From Guillardia theta CCMP2712 (taxonomy: Eukaryota > Protista > Cryptophyta), in NCBI RefSeq assembly GCF_000315625.1, contig NW_005434639.1, positions 463,615 to 527,614 of the forward strand: a stretch of 64,000 nucleotides of DNA, in the 5' to 3' direction. A program made the translations under genes and the position numbers. Shown here piece by piece: positions 20,176 to 31,973 of the stretch. Within the stretch, counting starts at the first letter, position 1; every line of letters begins with the position of its first letter. The notes beneath the pieces are model-generated. The model was not told the DNA's origin. It did no database searches and saw only the letters and a program-made list of their open reading frames with translations.

Positions 20176-23100
20176 TTTTGTACATCATCGTATGAACACT
20201 TCGTAATGAAACAGAGCCAAGGACGTCGCCACCATCCCCAGCAGCACCCCCAGTGTCGTGCCCACCACAACCTCTAGCCAGACCCACGTGCCCTCACCCG
20301 CCCCCTGCTGGCCCGTCAAGAGGAGCAGGAGGAGGAGGCACGTCGCTTACCTGCTGAGAGGTAGGAACTAGCCTTGTCCCGTTGGTCTGCATCCACTCCA
20401 GCCCGTTGTGCAGATTCATCCCTGCCGCACTCTCATCTCCTGCTCTCCTCCTCCTTCACCGCCACCCTTCCCCCTCCTTCTCTTCTCCCCCCTGCTCTCA
20501 CTCGCCCCCTCTCGCTGCCCCCACAGCCTCCTCGTCAAGACGAACCGAAGACAGCAGACACGAAGACTCCCGCGCTCAACCACGCCAGGGCCATCTGGAA
20601 GGCAACCTGCAAAGACGTGACCTTCCATCTCATTCGCCCCCTCCACGTCCTTCTCCGTCCTCCCCTCCTCTCCTCTCCTCTCCTCACCCTCTCCCCGCTC
20701 CCTCCTCCCCCCTCACCTCCGCGCGCAGAAGTTTGTTTTGCGAGTAGCTCAGTTTCAGCTGAACCAGCATCTTGCTGTCATGGATTTCCTGCTTGAGGTG
20801 AGCCCAACGAAAGATGGGAAGGGGGGACAGGGGAGCTGGGAGGGACAGGCAGCAAGTGGATGGATAGAAGGGAGGAAGGGAGCGGAAGAAGAGTGAGGTT
20901 AGGAGCAGAGATGGAGCGGCATAGAAGGGAGGGAGACGGGTAGAAGGCGAGGAATGAGAGCGGGGAGATAGGGGAGGGGAAAAGGAGAAGAGGAGGAGAG
21001 GAGAGGGGGAGAGGAGAGGGGGAGAGGGGGAGAGGGGGAGAGGAGAGGAGGAGAGGGGGAGAGGGGGAGACTGAGGGAGACGGGAGGAACCTTGAGGATC
21101 TTTCTCAAGTTGAATCTTCAGATATCCACACGTCAGCAGTGGCTCGTCAACCGTCTCCTCCAAACCTCAAGTTGAGAAGCTCGACCATGTAGCCGTCCAG
21201 TCGACCCTCCACCTTGAGGCCAGTCAGAGGCCGATCCCCATCCTCCCTCCTCCCGCCTGCTCCCTCCTGTTCCCTGCTATTTCTCCCTCCTTCTTGCTCC
21301 TCTTGCCCTCCCATCCTGTCCAATTTCCCCTTCCCCCCCCCCTCCTCCTTCCTCTTTTTCCTCACTCCCTCCTGCTGCTCCCTCCTTCACGTTCACCTGC
21401 ATCTTCTTGTACATGAAGTCGCCCTCCTGTGGCTCCGGTCTCTCGGGTTCTTCTTCTCCACCGGCAGCCCTGCAGATCCTCACTTCCTCCTCTCAATTTC
21501 TCCCTCCAGCTCCCACTCCCTTACCCTGAATCATGCACGGATTCCAACGCAGCATACACTCCGTCAACCTTCTCTGTTCGTTAGATTCCGATTCCACTTC
21601 TCCATCCACGTCCCCCCTCCCCCTTCCCCGTAAATGTCTCTCTCCCTCCCTCTCCCTCTCTCCCTCCCTCGCCCTCTCCCTCTGTTCCTCCTCGGGGCGC
21701 CTCGTCTCCACCTGCCGCAGCATATCCTCGAGCTGCACCTGCATTAGCGTTCGACAAGAGACTCGCTCGCTCTCACCCGCGAGCGGAGGCAGTAGAGCCG
21801 ATGGAGCTGGGGCAGAGAGTGAGCGGCGGCTAGAGGACAGGAGAGCTCACGTCCTGACTACCGATCCTCTTTTTCATGGACAGTTGGATCATGGCACTGA
21901 GAGTGAACGGGGATCAGCGGAGGAGGCTTGTTTCCTAGGGGGCTGGTACCTGCTGTAGATATGGAGTTGGATCTGGTCGATGTAGCTACAAGGCAGTGAG
22001 AGGCGAAGCTGGAAGGACGAGGAGGCGTCAACCTCTGTAGGACGGTGTCAACCAGTGCGTCCATGACAACCAGCTGGAAGTCCTGCTGGGACTGTCCAAC
22101 ATCATCAGGACGGTGGAGAGGAGACGCCGTTTGCCCTTTACCTCCTCCTTCCTCCTCAAGATTTCACTGCGGAGCTGCTGCAGCAAACCCTCGTCGCCTT
22201 CGGGAACAACCTGCTCGGAAGTTAATTTCTCTGGCACTTTCCTCTCCCTTCCCCGCTTCTTCTCCCCTCCCCTCAGCCTCCTCCTTCCCTTCCCTCTCTC
22301 TCTCTCGCCCCTCGTCCTACATCACGTTCACTCACCACATAGGCAGCTCGCTCCATGATTACTGCGCGGAGAGGGTCCAGACCTGCTCAAATCACACGAT
22401 CAGACAAGGAGAGAGGGTCGAGAGAAGAAGGAGGAGGAAGTAGAGGAGGAGGAAGGAGAGAAGCAGAGAAGAGAAGGGAAGAGAGAAGGACGAAGAGGAG
22501 GGGGAGGGAGGAGAGGAGCGCATGAACGAGATCAACGCACCCACTACAATCGCTCCCTCCTTCACAATTACAGCGGCAGTAGAAAGCGTCTGCAGGCCGC
22601 AGCATGACAACGAGCTAGCCGGGAGGGAGCAAGACCTGAAGAGGACGGAGGTCTCGCATGCGGAGAAACTGGTCGGACATGCAGGATGACTCGCGGAAGA
22701 AGCTGCAGTGAAGCATACATGTCACAAGGCAGAGGAAGAGACGTCCTCATCTTCAGGCTCACTGAGTCGTCTTCTTGCTTCCTCCATGCCATGGCTTCCC
22801 TTGCAGGTCCACCTGCCCAGTTCCCCTCACCCTCCCCGCGCATGCCCTCCTGACTCACGTTGGGGAATAGAATCTTCCGCAGGCCCGTCTCAACTTTCAT
22901 CCCAACAAAGTACTCAGCGAGCAGACCAAACTGCAACGAAATCAGCCCATAAAATTCCCCTGGTACTCCACTTTCCTCCTCCTCCCCCTCCTCCTCTCCC
23001 TCACCTGGTTCAGATCTTCCCGCTCGACCATTCGTCCGTCCTGTGAAATCTCGCAGATCTTCATGGGAAGACAGGTGACAAGGTTTGAAATTCCGGGCTT

Positions 23101-23747
23101 GAGCCTTTACATGGTCCAACTTCAGTGCAAGACCCACTCAACAAGCAATACCGATGAGAGAAGAAAGAATCACAAAGGAAAACATGCGCTGGAACTTGTG
23201 GTCTGTGCGAACTTTATCAGGACACCTTGTTTCACAAAAGAGATCCACAACGTGAAAGTGTGCAGCATTGTTCGGAACGGGTTGACAACAAAGGTCTGCA
23301 TGCTGAATGCTCCCTCCAAGTTATCCGAAGACCTGGAGCCATGATGAGTGCAATGGGCAACCGGAGGATCAACCCTCACGATATGCTCTCTGCATCTTTC
23401 TCTATCCTCCGCATCGCATCTGATCCCTGAGATGGTGATCAGGAACACTCGAGCCACTAGCAAAGTCACCCATCGCGCAAGAGCCGGAAAGAGCATCCGT
23501 TCTCCTGCTGACCAGCAGCTCGACGAAGAGACTGCTGCTCGGAATACCGAGAATCTCCCCTCATCAACCTGAGAAGAGGTCAGAACAATGTCTCACAGCT
23601 CTCATCGTCGACGTCTTCCACCTCCTCCCCTCCTCGATCTCTCGTCCTCACCTGGGAGAGAGCAACCCCATCGCTGCGACGACGTCCTGGACTGTACTCC
23701 TCCTGTTGTTCATCCTGACTGTGCAGGAGCGGCCTCCTTAGCTCCAT
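20085..23747 (-). CDS. Multi-exon hypothetical protein(s) with N-terminal hydrophobic segments
   Basis: ATG at 23747 (MELRRPLL...) followed by a GTGAG donor; small AG/GT-bounded exons such as GLDPLRAVIMERAAYV; hydrophobic stretches. May be more than one gene; 3' end uncertain. Confidence 0.45.
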
Positions 23748-24121
23748 GTTTCCTCGTATGTGACGAGAGTGCATCCTGTTCTACGGGATGTCTCCTCTCG
23801 CCCTCTCTTCTCTTCCTCCTGCTTCGTCTTCCTCGTCCTCCTCTTCTTTAATGCCCTCACTGCATTGAAGCCGATCGAAAACCTTTTGGTTTCTACTTTT
23901 ACTCAATTGAAACTTTTAAAAACACAAGTCAAGTCTGCCTCAGGACTTAAACTATCATAAGATGAAGGCAGTAATACTCCACCCCTTTGTTCGCAACCAG
24001 GTTCGCGACACCTGCAGACCCTGGGTCAGCCATCATCCCCCTTGCGAGTCAAGCCGTATCGGAGGGCATGGCATATGGGAGGAGCGAGGAGAAAGAGGGG
24101 AGGAGGAGGTAGAGGACGAGG

Positions 24122-26154
24122 ATGACGACGATCACGATGCTTCAACTTGTGCTGCTTGTTGCAGGCTTCGCCTTTGTCATGCCATCGGTGGGTTGCAGGC
24201 TTGTTTGTTTCTCAGGGAACCTCCAGTTGAGGGGGGGGGTGTACGGGGCCATCCAGTTCGAGGAGGAAACGAAGGATCCGATCTTCAGCGGGAGGTGGCA
24301 GCAGGACGTCAGTGATGAGCCAGACAATGAAGAGCTGAGAGACATCTTTCTTGCGCGGGACCATGTCCCTAGAGAAGGCGATACCCTGGTAAGATCTGAT
24401 GCGTGAGACGTTTTTAGCTTCTGATGCTGTCCTGTGGCTCATCAGCAAATGTCCTATGTCAGGGAAATATTGAGGAGAGCGAAGATTGAGAGAGGAGAGC
24501 TGCCCAATGAAAAGTGTCTTCGAGGATGCACAACTTCAGGGCTAATGCTGATTCAGGTACTTGAATCGAACGGAGGAGGAGCTCAAACAGATTGACGCGG
24601 ACGAGCTGCTATGGTTCGGGGCTTCGCAAGGCGACGTTGCTCTGGTTGGTGCATGCTAAGATGTGGGATCGAATACTGAAGAAGGTTGCAGGTGCGGCAA
24701 GCCATCAGTGAAGGTGCCAACGTGAATTCAATTGACCCGTCCAAAAACAATCAGACTGCGTTGCACTGCGCTTGTGATATGATGGTAAGAAACGAAGATT
24801 GAAGAGTCGAGAGCTGAAATGCTTTAGACGGGCTACCTGGATGTTGTGGAGGTTCTTACGGCTCATGGAGCGTCTGTGAATGCTGTGAATTGTTTCAACA
24901 CAACTCCGTTGCATCAAGCAGCTTTCTGGGCCCACAAGGTGAAGGACTTTGTCTTTGAGGACGCGACATGATCGGCAAGCAGGACGTTGTGGTGAAGCTG
25001 CTGGAGCTGGGAGCTGATCCTGTCGCGAAGAATGATGCTGAGATGACTCCCCTGCTCAATGCCGACGCTGAGTGGAAGGTGAGACTGCGGCACGTGAAGA
25101 GGGTGGGAGTGACGACGACTAGGTCAACTCCCGTCCGCTACCCATTAGAGAGGTTGCTGACGAGAGGAAGCATACCTTCGAGGATCCCAACAAAGGTGGA
25201 TGGGGCCAGCGGTGCGTGAGCAACCAGAATGAGTCGGGAAGCTGACAAGGCCTGTCAGGTTGAGAACCCCGGCACATCGCAAGGAGGTGCTGGATATTCT
25301 GCACGCAGCAGCTGGCAACAGGAGCTACGGGAGAGGAGCAGATCCTCTTCTAGGAGGACTCAAGTTCCCTGATGTTTGGGACGAGTGGAACGAGGAGGCA
25401 GAGATTGTGAACCCCTTGTCTCGCAAGGTAACTCTCGTTGAGACCTCTATGTGACTGATTTGAACCTCTCGTAGCGAAAGGTTCCCGGGTCGATTCCTCC
25501 TCCTCGCAACTTCCTCACGCCGGCCCAAACAAAGATAAAGTGGAACTGGTGCAGTAGTGGCGAGTGGGAGGCTGAGAGCTGATGAGAAGGTCAGGACGTT
25601 GGAGGAAGTGATTGACGAGGCGATCGACAAGCAATGGGAGGAAGACAAGCACTTGATGGAGGCGTACGGTAGCCCGACATGTCTCCTCCTTGCTTTTTTG
25701 CTGAGTGCCTTACCAAGGGATCAATCCGAACGAGGAAGAGACGAGTGAGAGCAAGTTATTCTCCGACGAATTAAAGGTTCTACCTGCAACGGCGAGGGAG
25801 GGAGTGATTACCTGCAGGACAAGAACTCCGATGGGTCGTCAGCCGACACCGACAAGATCATGGAGGAGTTTCACAAGCCCGAGCTGGACATGTTCGGCAA
25901 CGAGATGGAGGACGAGATAGGTGAGGGAGCGGACGATTGAAAGTCCACTTATAGCACGTGCAGCGGGTTCGATTGGTCCCGGTTCCAACCGAGTCCTCAT
26001 CGATGATGTGAATCGCTCCTGCTCTTTCTCACCCGCTGCTGACGCACTTGAAAGGATGGGCAGGACGACGCAGGCTTGCAGTGAAGGAGAAGGTCAGCAT
26101 CGAGGAGTGCAAGAGGAGAGAACAAGATCAAAACAAAATGGTGCCCTTGCTTGA
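24122..26154 (+). CDS. Ankyrin-repeat protein with signal peptide and LQLRGG motif
   Basis: EGANVNS..QTALHCAC, GYLDVVEVLTAHGASVNAVN..TPLHQAA, DVVVKLLELGADP; leader MLQLVLLVAGFAFVMPS; many short introns. Confidence 0.85.
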
Positions 26155-26158
26155 AGTT

Positions 26159-29100
26159 CTATTGACTGTGGACGACTTCCACTTCTTCTCCTTCTCCCAC
26201 CCCCCGTTGCCTCTCACCCGACGAGATGCGATCAATCACGCAATTCTTGCAGCTGATGATCCACTGAAAGAATATCTTGTTCAACTTCTTGTACGCCAGC
26301 AGGTCTTCATAGATCTTGACGAGCTTCGAGGAGTTCAATCTTGCTCCCCGCCCGCTGTCACAAACCCTCCGAGGAGTGAAGGAAGACACAGACAGTCTAC
26401 ATCTGTTCGTTTCCTGACCAAGAAGGAAGATGTACCTGGTCTTGAAGAAAATTTCCTCCTTTGTTCTCATCGCTTCTTCCCTCAGCGCTTGCAACTCAAG
26501 CTGGAATTCACTCATCGACTTGCCTACCTGCTTCAGCACCCGTTCGTCTCTTCGTCGCTTTGCATCCTCCTGCAAGGCTTGGAAAGAATTTGTCATGGTA
26601 GCTCTCAGACGCGCCAACAAGAATTGTCGTAATCGCCTTCGTTTCCGCTTGTTCGCTGTCACGCGTTGAGACCAGATATGATGATAGATGTCTATAAGTT
26701 GACGATTCTTTATCGTCACACACACATTAGCGACTTGAAGCAGTCGACGGGCCTGCCTTGACATGTCTTCAGACTGCTCACGACGCCAGCTGTCCTTGAG
26801 CTGCACACAATCACAAGACATTTGATGCAGAGCTCTGGTGAGACAAACGCAACGAGCTCGAGCCGATATGAGGGAATGCTGTTGGCGGGTCAGAAAGAAT
26901 GAACCCTGAGTGACTTGATGATGAATGCTCTTGATCTGCAGCGACAACTCCCGCATCGCAAGGTTTTCTTTTGCATCCTGCACCCATTGGAGCCAAAAGA
27001 CGAATGGTAGAGCACACATCTTTTGCTTCCTCAACGTCTTGAGCTTGTTTTCTGCTGAACTCAAGAGCAAAGACTGCTCGGCGATCGACTTCCAACCGTG
27101 CAAGACTCTTCTTCTTCTTCTCTTGACATCACCTGCGACTAACATCCTTGCGATGTAGCTCGTCCTACGGGAGTGCTTGGCCGCTACTGACCAAGCAAAG
27201 CAGGCACGAGTCAGTGACTTGTAACGAGCAGCAGCGTCAAGTCTCAGGTACGTCGACGTCAGTCTCATCTTCATTCGAATTTTGCGATTCCAGTGCTTCA
27301 AGTGTTTGATGCAAAGTGACATCTCGCGCTTTTCTGACGTGGCGTCTTGAGCGTGCTTCAGGTGGATCGACTTGCATTTCCTCAGCCACCACATGTGCAT
27401 CACTCGTCTCGAGGTGTTGAGCCCCACCCTCAAATTGATATGAGCCAGCCTCATTTCTTCTATCCAACGTCGCTGCGAGGAGAATATCCAGCTCAAGAAA
27501 AGTCCCTTGAGGACCCTAGCCGATCTCCTCCCTCGAGCGACGTTCAACTTTTTGCCCTGATGAATCGTTCGCATCCATACGCTGAAGACTCTATTTGCCA
27601 CTCTTCTTCGATGCTTGTGCTGAAATCGGAATACCACACTCAGATTTCGAGTCAGACGATGGACTATAAGCTGCCAGCAACGAAAACTGGAAAGAAGCTG
27701 CTTGATTTCTTGCTTTTTTTGGACATAATTCAATTCATTCCTCCTGAACGTTTGCTCTGCCCAAAGCAGTAGAAGTTCTCGCTTTGTGAATAATCTATAC
27801 TTCGCCACTTTGACGAGGAGATTGCGATCTCGAATCGACCTGACTGATCTCTTCCATTTCAAGGTTGTTTGCCACATTGAAAACATCAAGATTAGATTGC
27901 AACGTTGCATTCTCCTCAGCAGCAGCAAACAGAGAGAGTCATTGCTGTCCAGCTTTCTTTCAACGTCTGCCCTTGCCTTGATAAGCCATTCTTGGCAGAG
28001 CTGAGAACCCTTCACGACTTGAAAGCTTCTCATCGCCGTCTCGGCCTTGAGCTCCCACGTTCTTTGATGGCAGCGAAGAAGAATCGCGTCCAGCAGGTCA
28101 AGACGGTGAAAAAAGACATCAAGGAATCGATCGTGATGTCGGCTGCTCACTCCAATGTCGGCGATAAGACTTTGAAGCTCTTGCTCCACCTGCAGGAACT
28201 CCTCTCTTGAGCTTGTCTGCGCCTGCTGGATGCTGGACTTGTAGTGCTCGAAAGCATCCTGCTGACTTTGCATGTCTGCCTCCAAGCAGACTATTCTCTT
28301 CTGGTACGAGCTGAGTTCATCGAAGTATTCTTTCGCACATTCCTCCCATTTCTTTTTGATGTTCTCATTTTCAATCTTGATTTTGCCTAGTTCATTCTTG
28401 CATTCAAACTGATCTCTTCTTGCTCTTTCCATCTCTCTCATCGCATGCAATATTCTCGTCTTCACCTTGCGATCTCGGATCGATTTTACAGTCACCAAGT
28501 CTTTCTGAAGTTGCAACATCTCCTCTCCCAACTCATGTACTGCATGTCTTATTGCGATGTTTGCCTTCTCGACCTCATACAAAATCTGTGGCCACACCTT
28601 GAACTTGTGTATCTCTTGAAGCAGCTGCGAGATCAGCTCAACTGATCTGCTCTTGAGCCTCTTCAAGTTGGAGCTCATCCCTTGATCCCTCACATGCTGC
28701 TCCATCAACACGTTGGTGAACTTTGTGACACAGTTGTCGACGTAGAAGATGATCTCGTTGTTCTCACTCACAATCGCATTCTCCTTGATGTCCGCAAAGC
28801 ATTCAAACAGCTCGATCCTCTCAGCCATCTCAGTCCTCGCTACCCTCGTGAGCGTCACCTCCACAACCTCCTGTCAACGTCAAGCGCGTCAGAGACGTAT
28901 GAGATCAATGTCAACATCACCTTCGCACTCTCCTCTCCCTTCTCAACCGTCAAGTTCACCTCTGATCCAGGAGTGTCTTCCCCTACCAGCACTTCTTGCA
29001 GGTTTTCCATGGACACTTCGATGCCATCTACCTTGACGATCTTGTCTCCCCTCCGCAACATCTTGCTGTTGTACGCAGGACCTCCAATCAGCATCCCATC

Positions 29101-30135
29101 GATCGTCAGGTCATTCACCATGATGCCCACCTGCATCAAGAACGTGTTACCCCTTGCGACTCCTCGGGAAACCATTCACCGTTGATGATGGGCCAGAGCT
29201 GGAGTGAAACTTTGAAGCCCCGTTGCAAGAATATAGCGCGATGTTTGTTCCCAGCACTTCTATCAGAGAATCGCAGATCTCAAAACACTTCCTGATGCTC
29301 CGACGATATTCATTCCGTTGTTGGTTCCTTTCCAAGTGACCGCTTTCCGGTCTCTGTCTCGTCAGCTCAGACATGGGAGGAGGATTGTAGTGACATGCTG
29401 TCTTTCCGTTACGTTCGATCTGGTCCAGGACATTCTGAGAAGGAAGTCACAACAGGGTGAAAGAGCAAGGATCCGTCAACCTGAATGTCCCTTGAATACT
29501 TCTCACAAGTGGAAAGATGACCAGCAAGGCTGTTCATGGTCTTCAGTTGGAGCGCGAGGGCATCATTCTCAGCCAGAAGTTTGTTTTGACTTGCGTTTGC
29601 GTTCTCTTGCACTCTTCTGATCAGCATGAGAATCTCGTCGAAGTGGCTCATAAGCTCGTGATCCTCAGAGTCTCTCAGCAACTGCTCCATGTCTGTCAGC
29701 TTCTGAAACAGCTTCACGTTCTCCATCATGTCTTCTTTCGCTGCTCTTATCAACTGGACGTCATGCTCCGTGCCCTGTAGGAAGCTCAGGAGGGAAATGG
29801 AAATATGAATGTACATCTTCCGGACGAAAAATCGTCAGGCTGAGCACGCTCCCTGGTTTGTCGATGCCGACGATCTGCTCTTCGTAGTCGTCAAACCTCA
29901 CGAGGTTTCCGTCTATCTGAGACAGACTTTCAACATGATAAGAGCGCACGTGACGATACCAACCTTGACGATCTCATCCCCGACTCTCAGGTCCGAGCAG
30001 TGATATGCCGGTGATCCCACTACTATCTCCCGTATCCTCAATCCATCCAGCATCAACCCCACCTGCGCAGCTTTCAGAGTGTGTCATCTTCGCGACTCGG
30101 CATCTTCTTGCTCGTTCCAAAGGCGCCTTGCCCAT
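26159..30135 (-). CDS. Two-PDZ, coiled-coil, Sfi1-like Trp-repeat protein
   Basis: GGPAYNSKMLRRGDKIVKVDG and GSPAYHCSDLRVGDEIVK PDZ motifs; 901-aa ORF with coiled coil and periodic F/L-x-x-W in basic helices; ends approximate. Confidence 0.75.
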
Positions 30136-30684
30136 TTATCTCATCGAGCTACTTTCATCCAGCAACTCTCATCCTTGTTGTCCGAGAAGTCGCTCAGCTC
30201 CTATTTTCCTTCCTCTCACGTCACACTGTTTCAAGCATTCACTTGCTGTATCTAGTCATCTTATGGCATTCTTGTGATCTCTGTATCTGTTGTCTTCCTC
30301 TTCCTCTTCTTCTCTTCGCTCCAAACTTACCGTGCATCTCGCCATACCAGGATCACTGTTACATACACAACCGCTCACTTTGTCATCACCAGTGTTTCAA
30401 CAACCACCCCTCCATTCCCCTGGTCGTACCCGTACCATCCTCCCTCCTACCCCCGAGATTACTACCACCCTACCCTACCTGGTGGCTCGGATGGGGCACA
30501 CTGAGGGAACAAAACCCGCCTCAAAAGGTACCGAGCCGCCTCGCCTCGGTACGATGCCATGATGCCATCGGTATCATCTTTACTCAAAGTTAAGTTAAAT
30601 GCATAGCCCCGGCTAGCCTAGTAGTCACGGCGTTGCCGCAGTAGCGCCCGAACCTCATTCTCACCCACTGAGCCTACCTACTAC

Positions 30685-30831
30685 TAGTAGTCTCAGCCTA
30701 GCAGTCCTTTCTCACCGTCCTCATCATAGTAGTCTCAGCCTAGTGATAGCAGTCCTTTCTCACCGTCCTCATCATAGTAGTCTCAGCCTAGCAGTCCTTT
30801 CTCACCGTCCTCATCATAGTAGTCTCAGCCT
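30685..30831 (+). repeat. 42-bp tandem repeat, 3.3 copies
   Basis: TAGTAGTCTCAGCCTAGCAGTCCTTTCTCACCGTCCTCATCA at 30685, 30727 (6-nt insert), 30775, partial at 30817. Confidence 0.92.
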
Positions 30832-31087
30832 GCTGGGCCCAGTGACATCCCGAGTCCGCCGGAACATCGGGCCGGCCCTTGCATCGGTGACCCGACGTTC
30901 CCTCTCAGTCTGACAATGAAGCTCCGACGCGGCGGTTTGACAAGTTTGACTAGCAGTGAGAGCCGAGAGGGAGCCGGGGAGCATGGGAAAGCGGCGGGGA
31001 AGGGGGTTGGGGAGGGGGAGTAAGAGGAACGATTGTTGCAGGGTGGAGGCTCGGAGGCTACGCTAGGGCTCAAACAACCTTCTCAGG

Positions 31088-31782
31088 ATGAAGAAGCTGC
31101 AGCAGTTGTACCGAAGAGCCGCAAGACATGTTGACCTAGACTTTGATGCAACGGAAGTGATCAAGGTGCGAGTTTGGAGGCCTGTGAAGGACCTGGATGA
31201 CAGTCTTGCAGGAGGGATGGATGTGGAAGCAAGGTGAAGTGAAGAAGACGTGGAAGAAGAGGTTTGAAACAGTGATTTCGCCTCAGCTTCTCTTGTATGA
31301 CAGGTTGCCCTTGTGCCCTACGAGCAGATGGTGTGTGCTGACTCCGAAGCAACTGACCTACTACAAGAGCAACGATTACTCCCACGCCCTCGGCAGCGTC
31401 CCAATCGTTGTAAGCCCGGAGCACTCAGCTTCGGCTCGTTTCTTCCTCCCCGCCCCCCCGTTGAAACGCTCGCAGGATTGTCTGATGGTGGAGGTTGGGT
31501 CTGACAAGACGGTCAGCAGCCTTCCCTCTCAAGACGTGAAGGTCTCCTGGTCCTTCCTCGTTCAGGGCGCGGTGAGAGGAAGCCGTTGAGGCTTGTTTGA
31601 CGTCATCCGCTGCAGCAACGCACTTTCTACTTCGTGGCGGCGTCAGAGCTGGTACCTGCTGCCAGCGTCGACAAGCTCGAGTGACGTGGGTCTGACAGGA
31701 CAAGCATGAGTGGATGCAGGAGATCGGACATCTCATCATCTGCCTAACAGTCGATGAAGCTGATGCATACAAACTTGGATGA
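31088..31782 (+). CDS. PH-domain protein
   Basis: Spliced reading EVIK/EGWMWKQGEVKKTWKKR/WCVLTPKQLTYYK...RTFYFVA...EWMQEI; start may lie further upstream. Confidence 0.85.
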
Positions 31783-31973
31783 GCTGCAGACATCGATCTC
31801 TGCGAATCATATCGACGACTCCCTTCTTTGGTGTCTCACAAATCCTGCCCCATCCCTCCTGCCCCCCCCCCCCTCCCCTCCCTCCTTCCACTCCTTCTCA
31901 ACCCCCACTCCTCCTTACCGCATCCACCATCATGATCATTCACCACACAATTGGCATGGCCCTTTGACAGTAA

